IMG/VR virus record: IMGVR_UViG_3300047408_000076
Span: 1,071-65,070 of that record
Direction: 5' to 3' (one strand)
Length of the DNA: 64,000 nt
From: a virus
Numbering within the stretch: position 1 is the stretch's first letter; every line of letters begins with the position of its first letter. Position numbers and translations under genes: made by a program. Positions 27,042 to 34,656 of this stretch are shown here, one piece after another. Below the pieces are notes generated by a model that was not told the DNA's origin, made no database searches, and worked only from the letters and a program-made list of their open reading frames with translations.

Positions 27042-27138
27042 GCCCTACTAAGCGGAGTCCCAATGGGACTCCGTCATAGTGTGGCCAAAGCCCCGCTCCC
27101 CGGCTTGCTCCGGGGCCTTCAATCAAGAGGAGTCCAAT
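27042..27138 (+). ncRNA. Structured leader element, copy 3 (diverged)
   Basis: GCCCTACTA/TAGTGTGGC lower stem, CGGAGTCCC/GGGACTCCG upper stem, CCCCGG-CTTGCT-CCGGGG hairpin, SD GAGGAG. Confidence 0.7.
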
Positions 27139-28656
27139 ATGAATCTCGACTCGACGACAACGGACGAACGCGCGGCATATCGTGTTATGCAGGCCCGTTC
27201 CGCCCTGATCAAAGCTCGCCGATTCTACGGTGTATTGGTTTCAAATGTGGAACCCGTAGCATCGCGACAATTCCCGACAATGGCAACGGATTCAAAGCGT
27301 CACTTCTATAATCCCGATTTTGTTGCGACACTGACTCAAGAGCAATTAGAAGCGGTGCAAGCTCACGAAACGGAGCATGACGCGCGGCACCATTCGACGC
27401 GGCGCGGGAATCGCGACCCGCAAGAATGGAATATCGCTTGCGACCTTGCGATTAATCCTGACTTGAAGGCGGAAGGATTCAAGCTCCCCGATTGGGTGCT
27501 ATTCGAAGAACGGTTCCGGGGAATGTCCGCCGAAGACATATACCGGACGCGCGAGCTAGACCGGCAAAAGCAAAATCCGCCACCGCCTCCGCCGACTCAA
27601 AAGGGCGACGATGAGGAATCCGAATCTGGACTCGAACAAGCCGACACTAATCCGGGCGGGAATGAGGGCGAGTCCGATGAGGGCGACGAGTCCGAAGGCC
27701 CCGCCGGCCCCGATGAGGGCGACGATGAGGGCGACGATGAGGGCGACGGGGAGGCCGGCCCCGGTGAAGGCCCGGAGGGCGACGGGGAGGGCGAGTCCGA
27801 AGGCCCCGCCAAGGGCGACGGGGAGGCCGGTGAAGGCCCCGCCGAAGCCGGGGAGGCCGGGGACGCTGGCAACGGTGCGGGCGACGGTGAAGGCCCGGAG
27901 GGCGACGGGGAGGCCCCGAAGGGCGAACCGCGTTCGTCCGGTGATCCCGGCCGGTGCGGGGAGGTTTTAGACGCGGGCGAATCGGCCGGCGAAAAAGCGG
28001 AGACTGACCAGAAATGGGAAAGGATAGTGCGCCAAGCCGCTTCTATGGCACGGGGAATCGGGCAACTCCCCGGCCACATTTCCCGCGACATTGAACGGGC
28101 GAATAATCCGCCGCAAGATTGGCGGGAGGTTCTCCGGGCTTGGTTTGATCAGGGGTCGCTTTGGGTTGAGTCCTGGAACCGGCCCAATCGTCGCTTTGCG
28201 GGCGCGGGCTTGTACCTTCCGGGGCGGCAACGCGACGGACTCAATCGAGTCGCGTTCATAATTGACACAAGCGGGTCGATGGACAATGTGGCATTGCAAT
28301 TGATCAGGAATGAAACGCAAGCCGCTTTGGACGATGGCGCAATAGATGAGGTTGTTTGCATCTATGGTGACACACAAGTAAATCGGGTGGACACTTGGCG
28401 CACGGGCGATGAAATGATTTTCGACCCGCGCGGCGGCGGCGGAACGGTGCTTCGTCCGCTTTTCGACTACGTTGCGGAACAAATAGACGATGCTTCCCTA
28501 ATCGTTTGTTTCACCGATATGGAAATAGATGATTTGGGGCCGGAGCCTCCCGCTTGTCCGGTGCTATTCGCCGCGACGGGCTATCCTGACAGAGTCCGTT
28601 ATTATCTTGAAAACGCCCCATGGGGCGCGCCCGGAATCGATATCGGGGCGCACTAG
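27139..28656 (+). CDS. Putative metallopeptidase + vWA-like protein (DUF2201-type)
   Basis: N-terminal HETEH (HExxH), WNIACD..IN, acidic Gly/Glu/Asp/Pro linker, C-terminal IDTSGSM (MIDAS DxSxS), GGGGT and FTD. Confidence 0.85.
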   Translation: MNLDSTTTDERAAYRVMQARSALIKARRFYGVLVSNVEPVASRQFPTMATDSKRHFYNPDFVATLTQEQLEAVQAHETEHDARHHSTRRGNRDPQEWNIACDLAINPDLKAEGFKLPDWVLFEERFRGMSAEDIYRTRELDRQKQNPPPPPPTQKGDDEESESGLEQADTNPGGNEGESDEGDESEGPAGPDEGDDEGDDEGDGEAGPGEGPEGDGEGESEGPAKGDGEAGEGPAEAGEAGDAGNGAGDGEGPEGDGEAPKGEPRSSGDPGRCGEVLDAGESAGEKAETDQKWERIVRQAASMARGIGQLPGHISRDIERANNPPQDWREVLRAWFDQGSLWVESWNRPNRRFAGAGLYLPGRQRDGLNRVAFIIDTSGSMDNVALQLIRNETQAALDDGAIDEVVCIYGDTQVNRVDTWRTGDEMIFDPRGGGGTVLRPLFDYVAEQIDDASLIVCFTDMEIDDLGPEPPACPVLFAATGYPDRVRYYLENAPWGAPGIDIGAH

Positions 28657-28660
28657 ACGC

Positions 28661-28696
28661 AAGGGCCGGCCCCGCAACGGGCCGGCCCTTTTTTTT
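28661..28696 (+). terminator. Rho-independent terminator after the vWA gene
   Basis: 12-bp perfect stem AAGGGCCGGCCC/GGGCCGGCCCTT plus T8. Confidence 0.9.
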
Positions 28697-28699
28697 GTC

Positions 28700-28860
28700 C
28701 GCGCTCCGGGCTTGGCGCGCGCGGGGAGGCCGGTGCGGGGAGGCGGGGAGCGGGGAGGCCGGCGGGAGCGGGGAGGCCAGCGGCGCGCGCGGTGCGGGGA
28801 GCGGGGCCGGTGCGGGGAGGCCGGCCGGTGCGGGGAGCGCTCCGGGCCTCCGGGGAGTCG
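28700..28860 (+). repeat. G-run tract (right), 8 copies of GCGGGGAG, G-quadruplex-prone
   Basis: GCGGGGAG at 28721, 28735, 28743, 28750, 28768, 28794, 28812 and 28830; shares an 18-mer with the left tract. Confidence 0.8.
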
Positions 28861-28891
28861 CGCCGCGAATTGGACCATACCATTGAACGTC

Positions 28892-28930
28892 AAAGGCCCG
28901 CTCCGGGGAACCGGGGCGGGCCTTTTTTTT
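28892..28930 (+). terminator. Second rho-independent terminator
   Basis: Stem AAAGGCCCGCTCCGG/CCGGGGCGGGCCTTT, GGAA loop, T run. Confidence 0.85.
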
Positions 28931-29183
28931 GTCCCGCTTGCTACAGGACAAAAGAGGAGTCGCTAATCTTTCGATTGGCAATGGCAATGGTACGCGCACC
29001 GCTCCGCCAAAGCAACAGCTAAAGGATTCTCACATTGTGAGCGGAGCAATGTCGGAAAGATTTTCACATTGCATGGCGACCAATAGTTCTTGCATTTCGG
29101 AAAAATATTCCATACACAATGTTTGATTGATTGAAGCGAATGAGGTCGCGCACGGGATATCGCGACGCGGAGCAAACAAACAA

Positions 29184-29402
29184 ATGACAGCGCAAGAATA
29201 TCTCGAAGCGATTCAACGTCTCGGGTTGAGCAAAGAACAGGCTGCGGAATTTATGGATATTGCAGGGCGCACGTCGAGGAATTACGCGACAACGGGGCCG
29301 CCGGTTGTTGTTGCTATGCTTCTGCGCGTGATGCTCGCGGAGGGCCTGAGCGTAGATGACGTTAATCTCATTATGCGTAGATCAGAAAGGAAGCGGAAAT
29401 GA
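29184..29402 (+). CDS. XRE/Cro-like HTH transcriptional regulator
   Basis: AIQRLGLSKEQAAEFMDIAGRTSRNY helix-turn-helix pattern. Confidence 0.7.
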   Translation: MTAQEYLEAIQRLGLSKEQAAEFMDIAGRTSRNYATTGPPVVVAMLLRVMLAEGLSVDDVNLIMRRSERKRK

Positions 29403-29725
29403 TACGGCGAGCAATCACGCAACGCGATTTAACGCTATTCACAATCAACACCGGGGAATTTTATCAACTGCATTGCCTTATGGCGCGCAAGAATTGCAGC
29501 GTCGATGGCTGGCGAGATTGGCTGCGCGACCGTGTGCTTCCGCTGTACGCGAAGCAAGTCGAGCCGGTCACCTATGACTATGACACGCTGATCAACAGCG
29601 CTCGCGAAGTGCGGGACTATTACGCGAATCATGTGACCGAGATGCGCGAGATCGAGGAATGTATCTGCGGGCGAATTTCCCCGCCCTTCCACTGCCCGAT
29701 ACACGGGCAAATAGGAGGAATCTAA
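29399..29725 (+). CDS. Hypothetical protein
   Basis: 108 aa; ATGA overlap. Confidence 0.55.
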   Translation: MIRRAITQRDLTLFTINTGEFYQLHCLMARKNCSVDGWRDWLRDRVLPLYAKQVEPVTYDYDTLINSAREVRDYYANHVTEMREIEECICGRISPPFHCPIHGQIGGI

Positions 29726-29952
29726 ATGAATTGGGAATCTTTGAGGGTGACTGAAACCAAATAGGAGAAAGAAGTGACGCAGGACGAGCACGACACTCGC
29801 ACGACTGCGGGAATTGGCTGACAAGGTAATGGTGTCAGAGATTGAAACGGCAGACTCCTACAATGAGATATCGGAGTTGTTCCAAGCTCTGGACGAATGG
29901 ATTTCGAAGGGTGGATTCCTGCCCAAAGATTGGAAAGAAAGGGTTTAACCAA

Positions 29953-30180
29953 ATGAGTCAGTACGGAACGACGCAAGATTACTGCACCGGCTACGACGAG
30001 GGGGCAGATGAGACCATGCGGCTGCACAAGCCACTGGTCAAAGCCGCCAAGGCTTTGTCGAAGCGATGGGCGACCGGCAAGAACATGAGCGCTCAAATTC
30101 AAGCGCTGGATGCCGCGCTCGCCGCGATTGGCGACGGCCGGCACTATTTGGACGAAACAACATACCCGGAGAGAGGTTGA
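29953..30180 (+). CDS. Hypothetical protein
   Basis: ATG 29953 with upstream AAAGGG. Confidence 0.45.
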   Translation: MSQYGTTQDYCTGYDEGADETMRLHKPLVKAAKALSKRWATGKNMSAQIQALDAALAAIGDGRHYLDETTYPERG

Positions 30181-30182
30181 AA

Positions 30183-30356
30183 ATGTTCACCGAAAGCGAG
30201 TTGTTGATCATGTCTTATGCGGTTGACCGCATAGCCGCTGAGGCAAATCAGGGCGGTTTGTTTTTCTCATACGCGGACGCGAATATCCTGTGCAACAAGA
30301 TTCACAACATCTTGCGCGCAATGCGATCTAAAAAGGTGTGTGATGACCAAAGCTAA
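30183..30356 (+). CDS. Hypothetical protein
   Basis: SD GAGG upstream of ATG 30183. Confidence 0.45.
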   Translation: MFTESELLIMSYAVDRIAAEANQGGLFFSYADANILCNKIHNILRAMRSKKVCDDQS

Positions 30357-30813
30357 AATCAACTATGGCGTACCCGGTCGCAATCAATTCGGGGAGCCGT
30401 ACAAGGTCGCAAAGGAAGCTGGAGTCGGTGCTGTGAAAAACTATCAGAGAATCGCGAGTTCTTTGCAGGCTTTCGTTAATTGCTGCAAGAGCGGGAACGA
30501 GGAATGGAAACAGAAGCACCATGACACGATCAAAGATATCGTGAGAAACAAATTCCCATCCGGCAGTGGATGGGATTGCGGGACACAATTTGATTATGCC
30601 GAAAGCAATCCTGAGCGACTCGTTTTTACCGGATCGTTCCATCATATGGACGAAGGCGGAGGTTATGACGGTTGGACTGAGCACCGGATCATCGTCACGC
30701 CGTCGCTTGCATCCGGCATAAACATCAAGATCACCGGGCGAGATCGCAATCAAATCAAAGACTATCTGCACGATATCTTTCACAACGCCTTGACTGAGGA
30801 GTCTGTGCCGTGA
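30340..30813 (+). CDS. Conserved-looking phage hypothetical protein
   Basis: 157 aa with FPSGSGWDCG and FHHMDEGGGYDGWTEH motifs. Confidence 0.6.
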   Translation: MMTKAKINYGVPGRNQFGEPYKVAKEAGVGAVKNYQRIASSLQAFVNCCKSGNEEWKQKHHDTIKDIVRNKFPSGSGWDCGTQFDYAESNPERLVFTGSFHHMDEGGGYDGWTEHRIIVTPSLASGINIKITGRDRNQIKDYLHDIFHNALTEESVP

Positions 30814-31040
30814 AGCCGACAGCTTATGTCCCGCGCGCGGCGCACGAAAGAAAGTATGGGGAGCACGAACGCATGACAATTAAGAGCGATGCATTGTCCG
30901 TAATCGGTTGCTTTCAAACCGAGTTCGGTTGGACCGACGACACTGCCATCCTTCATCTAGCCGAGTTCATCGATCATTGCGAATTGGGCGAACGGTTAGC
31001 GGAGTACCTGACCTATATCACCAAGGAGCAGGAAGCATGA
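30810..31040 (+). CDS. Hypothetical protein
   Basis: SD GAGGAG; GTGA overlap. Confidence 0.5.
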   Translation: MKPTAYVPRAAHERKYGEHERMTIKSDALSVIGCFQTEFGWTDDTAILHLAEFIDHCELGERLAEYLTYITKEQEA

Positions 31041-31195
31041 CTAAAGATGAAGTAGATGAAGCTGCCGACCAGCTTGAGAAGCTGATCGAGCGCGCAACGC
31101 TTGCGGTAGCTGCCGACCAATTTGCGGTCGCGGAAAGTCTGATGGCTAAAGCGGTCGCTCTCGCAAAGACACTTCCGCAAAAACTGAGAGGATGA
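31037..31195 (+). CDS. Small helical hypothetical protein
   Basis: ATGA overlap; SD AGGA. Confidence 0.45.
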   Translation: MTKDEVDEAADQLEKLIERATLAVAADQFAVAESLMAKAVALAKTLPQKLRG

Positions 31196-31198
31196 AAA

Positions 31199-31459
31199 GT
31201 GAGTGAAGCTGATTTCGAGATTCATTGGATCGACAGTGGGCGCGAACCGACACACCCGTCGAATCCGAATTATCCCGATGGGGTTGACCTTGACATGAGC
31301 AAGGGCCGCCCGTTCTGCGAGAGCGCGCTGCCTTATCCCACGGCGCGCTGCGGCGCGTTTATGATCAAGTGCAATCGCTGCGGCACCGATGCGCTGGTCA
31401 CCACGGCCGGCCGCCGCGACGACCCGCGCTCAATCAAGCTCGCGTGCCGCAATGCGTGA
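31199..31459 (+). CDS. Small Cys-containing hypothetical protein
   Basis: 86 aa with C..CG motif; SD GAGG. Confidence 0.55.
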   Translation: MSEADFEIHWIDSGREPTHPSNPNYPDGVDLDMSKGRPFCESALPYPTARCGAFMIKCNRCGTDALVTTAGRRDDPRSIKLACRNA

Positions 31460-31617
31460 CGAGCGGAGCCAGCGCAGGCGCAAGCGCCGCGCTGAGGCGG
31501 AAGCCGTGGCCCAGGAAGCCCGCTTTTGGCTGTGTCCCCGGAGCGCTGATCGACTCGGCTACGACCAGCCGGTCAACCGGCAAGCTGCTCGCGAACTGAA
31601 TCATCCTCGGAGGCGTC

Positions 31618-31995
31618 ATGCGCGATCTTCACGAGCTTGACGGTCACCGTGTAGATTCCAGTGAGCATTTTGGCTGGAGTGGCGATGGAAGCTGCGGCAT
31701 GTTCAAGTTGCCTTCGCCAATCGATGGGCAATCGCTGCGCGTGATCGCTTCGAGCGCAAACGGCTGGGATCACGTCTCCGTCTCACGTCAATCACGGGTG
31801 CCGAATTGGCCTGAGATGGATTTGATCAGGCGCAAGTTCTTCAAAGATGACGAGTGCGTGATGCAGCTTCATGTGCCGCTGACTGAGCATATCAATTATC
31901 ATCCACATACTTTGCATCTTTGGCGACCGCAGCACGTCGAGATACCGCGCCCACCTTCGTGGATGGTGGGGCCGTCAAAGGAGATGCCGAAATGA
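31618..31995 (+). CDS. Conserved phage protein (DUF7694-like)
   Basis: GWDHVSVS...P.W.EM...FF...ECVMQ.H...N.HP.TLHLWRP motif. Confidence 0.65.
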   Translation: MRDLHELDGHRVDSSEHFGWSGDGSCGMFKLPSPIDGQSLRVIASSANGWDHVSVSRQSRVPNWPEMDLIRRKFFKDDECVMQLHVPLTEHINYHPHTLHLWRPQHVEIPRPPSWMVGPSKEMPK

Positions 31996-32309
31996 TGAGC
32001 GAGAGCTTAAAGCATAACATTACTGCCATGAGGCAGACCCAGCAAATGCCGTCCTTCGTGCAAGTGTTGGTGACATTTGAAGCGGCGCTAGAGGAGATTG
32101 AGCAATTGCGCGCGGCGCTCAATAATCTTGATGCCTGCGCTGTTCCTACTGCGGAGCAAATCGAGCAAATGGAAAAAGGAATGGGTGCAATCTTCACACC
32201 GGCGATGGCGCTGAAACTTGGGATGAAAACAGCAATTGGAAACGTGAAACGCGCCATGGCCGCCATAGAGCGCGGCCCACATACGGAAAGTGCGAAGGAG
32301 GGGAAATGA
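31992..32309 (+). CDS. Hypothetical coiled-coil protein
   Basis: ATG 31992; EIEQLR motif. Confidence 0.5.
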   Translation: MMSESLKHNITAMRQTQQMPSFVQVLVTFEAALEEIEQLRAALNNLDACAVPTAEQIEQMEKGMGAIFTPAMALKLGMKTAIGNVKRAMAAIERGPHTESAKEGK

Positions 32310-32629
32310 GGTGTACTCATGAAGTCCATGAGATGGACACGGCGGCAGTAGCGGATGGCTTTTGCCCACTTTGCCTCGCGGCCGAGATCGAGCAACTGCG
32401 GGCCGACAAGGACGTGATCCGCTCGCAGAATGCTGCTTACGAGCGCGGGATTGATATGCTGGAAATTGGCATTGACCTGCGAGACGCCGAGATTGACCGG
32501 CTGCGGGTGGCGCTCAGAGAAGCGGAAGATCGGCTTGCAACGGCTTTATCTGGAGGTGAAATTTGTACAGGTTGCCTCGATGTTGCCTTGACTAATATTC
32601 GCGCCGCCCTGGAGCAGAAATTCCCATGA
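32306..32629 (+). CDS. Hypothetical coiled-coil protein (ead/ea22-like mosaic)
   Basis: C..C motif, EIEQLR/EIDRLR repeats. Confidence 0.5.
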   Translation: MRCTHEVHEMDTAAVADGFCPLCLAAEIEQLRADKDVIRSQNAAYERGIDMLEIGIDLRDAEIDRLRVALREAEDRLATALSGGEICTGCLDVALTNIRAALEQKFP

Positions 32630-33105
32630 GCTACGCCAGCCTGATTGAGCCGTTACGTGCCGAACGCGATGACCTGATGAAGGTCAACGCGCTGTTGCAC
32701 GCGCTTATCGGCAACCGCGAGGTCGAGATCGAGCGGCTGCGAGCCGCGCTCAAGGAAATCAAGGATAATGGCTATCGTGCCGCTTTATGCCATGCGGTAG
32801 CAAAAACCGCCCTGGAGCAAATCCCCATGACCATTCGCGAGCTTCCCCAGAAGGAAGCGGTGGTCGAGATCGAGCGGCTTAAGGCCGACAAGGACGTGAT
32901 CCGCTCGCAGGAACGCAATGCTGCTTACGAGCGTGATATTGCTGCGCTGGAGACCGAGATCGAGCGGCTGCGGACGGTGCTCAAGGACGGATGGTCAACA
33001 TTGGCGCGATTCAACGTCAAGAGCTACCACCATACTTTGGTAACGCTACAGGTGCGGTTACTGGCTGGCCTGGAGCAATCAAACATGAAAGGACAAGACC
33101 TATGA
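32626..33105 (+). CDS. Hypothetical coiled-coil protein, probable fusion of two cassettes
   Basis: Three EIERL repeats; shares DNA blocks with the previous gene. Confidence 0.5.
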   Translation: MSYASLIEPLRAERDDLMKVNALLHALIGNREVEIERLRAALKEIKDNGYRAALCHAVAKTALEQIPMTIRELPQKEAVVEIERLKADKDVIRSQERNAAYERDIAALETEIERLRTVLKDGWSTLARFNVKSYHHTLVTLQVRLLAGLEQSNMKGQDL

Positions 33106-33338
33106 CCGAGCGGCTTTGGTTTCAGCGAAAGCAATCCTACAACGAAATGTGGACGGGTGAATCAATGAAGGATCGTAACGAACGGTTAACGAACATGATA
33201 GCGCGTCATGGCGAATGCGACCATTGCGGCCGAAGGCGGAGGCTCACGAGATGTTGGACTTCCATCGGCAAGGAAATGCTTTGCTGCGAGGAATGCCAGG
33301 ACCATGAAAGCGAGCTTCAGGATTCGATGAGGGGTTGA
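33102..33338 (+). CDS. Small zinc-finger-like protein
   Basis: CDHC and CEEC pairs; ATGA overlap. Confidence 0.5.
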   Translation: MTERLWFQRKQSYNEMWTGESMKDRNERLTNMIARHGECDHCGRRRRLTRCWTSIGKEMLCCEECQDHESELQDSMRG

Positions 33339-33344
33339 TTATTT

Positions 33345-33707
33345 TTAGGGCGAGGCTTGGGCATAATCCTGTTCGTGAAAATCCTTGCGCAGCGAGCGCA
33401 CCTCGACCGGGACATCCGCCAACTCGGCCTCTCCCATGGCCGCGCGCATACCGGGGCTGACGCCGTAATCGACATAGACCACCATAGCGTCTGCCACCGG
33501 GAGCCACGCGAGGCCGGCTGCGATTCCAAGCGCGCGCTCGCCCGGAACGTCGTCGTCCAACACGCCTGGATAAAGGAGATGCGACGCCAGCGGAGCTTCA
33601 CCACGCAAGAGGCAATCTTGCAGGCAATCCTTCGCATAACGAACATGCTCTTCGACGCTACCTGTCGGAGACGCGGCGAACGCGCTCTCTAAGATGACCT
33701 TGCGCAT
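33345..33707 (-). CDS. Nucleoside deoxyribosyltransferase-like fold phage protein
   Basis: MRKVILES.F...YA..C..DCL.RGEAPLASHLLY...VVYVDYGVS.GM pattern. Confidence 0.6.
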   Translation of the reverse strand: MRKVILESAFAASPTGSVEEHVRYAKDCLQDCLLRGEAPLASHLLYPGVLDDDVPGERALGIAAGLAWLPVADAMVVYVDYGVSPGMRAAMGEAELADVPVEVRSLRKDFHEQDYAQASP

Positions 33708-33979
33708 GATTATCCCCTTTCCTGTGATTCTCTCAGCCGGACAGATTGGCCATGCGATTCCGGCTATGGCAATGGCGTCACCGATTCCGTCCACAAAAAT
33801 TATTTTCGCTGAAACCAACCCAATGGATATGGGCACAACTCACGCTCAACCTCGAATTAGATGTGCGAGAAGTTCAATATCCACCGGAGTCAAGTTTGAG
33901 AAACAAACAAAGAAACCCTTGTGCCGCAGCGATTGTTTGAATCGAAAGTGCCAGAAATCGCAAAACCCCAAAACCCGTT

Positions 33980-33988
33980 TGCTATAAT
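33980..33988 (+). promoter_or_regulatory. Extended -10 promoter element
   Basis: TG-C-TATAAT in the intergenic region upstream of 34104. Confidence 0.45.
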
Positions 33989-34103
33989 GCTGGCGTCACT
34001 CAGGAATGAGCTTGAGCGGCGGGCTGTTTGAAAACTGAAGCCCTAAACGAAAGAGAGCGCGCCAGCCTGTAAGCTGACGCGCCCAAGATAGAAAGATATT
34101 GGC

Positions 34104-34610
34104 ATGACAAATCTAACTGCACGTGAGCTTCGCCACAAGGCCCTGCTCGCGAAGATCGACCGGATGAAGGCTGCGCGAGCGGCCGGCATCAAGGCCCTGG
34201 TCCGGGCCGAAACGGAACTGCCGGTCCTGGAACGGAAGGCGGCGCGCCTTGCCGCCCCACCCAAGCCCCGCAAGCCGAAGCCGGTCGAGCCACCACCCGC
34301 CCCGCCCAAGCCGACGCGCAAGGCAAGGGAGAAGACCGGAAGAAAAGTGGGAGAAGACCGGGAGAAGCCCAAGGCTATGGCCAGGGTGGCTGAGGTCGAT
34401 CCGACCACCCAACTCGGGTTCCTCGGCCCAGCTCCCGGCTTCAACTCCAGGGGCGAGCGGGTGCCCGACGAGGACGAGCCGCCGAAGGCCGGGAGTCATG
34501 CGAAAGCGTTAGAGGATTACCTCAACGCTCCAGCCCAGCACCCGATGGTCAAGAAGACCTACGCGGAGCGGATGGAGGCCGCAGGCTTCCGTAGGACGAG
34601 CAAGCGATAA
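34104..34610 (+). CDS. Basic Pro/Lys-rich hypothetical protein
   Basis: 168 aa followed by a terminator. Confidence 0.55.
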   Translation: MTNLTARELRHKALLAKIDRMKAARAAGIKALVRAETELPVLERKAARLAAPPKPRKPKPVEPPPAPPKPTRKAREKTGRKVGEDREKPKAMARVAEVDPTTQLGFLGPAPGFNSRGERVPDEDEPPKAGSHAKALEDYLNAPAQHPMVKKTYAERMEAAGFRRTSKR

Positions 34611-34620
34611 TCCAACGGTG

Positions 34621-34656
34621 GGCCATCCTCAGAAATGAGGGTGGCCTATTTTTTTT
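34621..34656. terminator. Terminator between convergent genes
   Basis: Stem GGCCATCCTCA/TGAGGGTGGCC with GAAA loop and T8. Confidence 0.8.

Noticed and set aside
24779-27138. CRISPR array or integron attC sites for the three repeated elements
   Set aside because: Only three copies, separated by whole genes; no cas or integrase gene; no RYYYAAC/GTTRRRY core ends; elements end in an SD sequence.
28511-29022. ORFs across the right G-rich tract
   Set aside because: They span two terminators and are low-complexity shadows.
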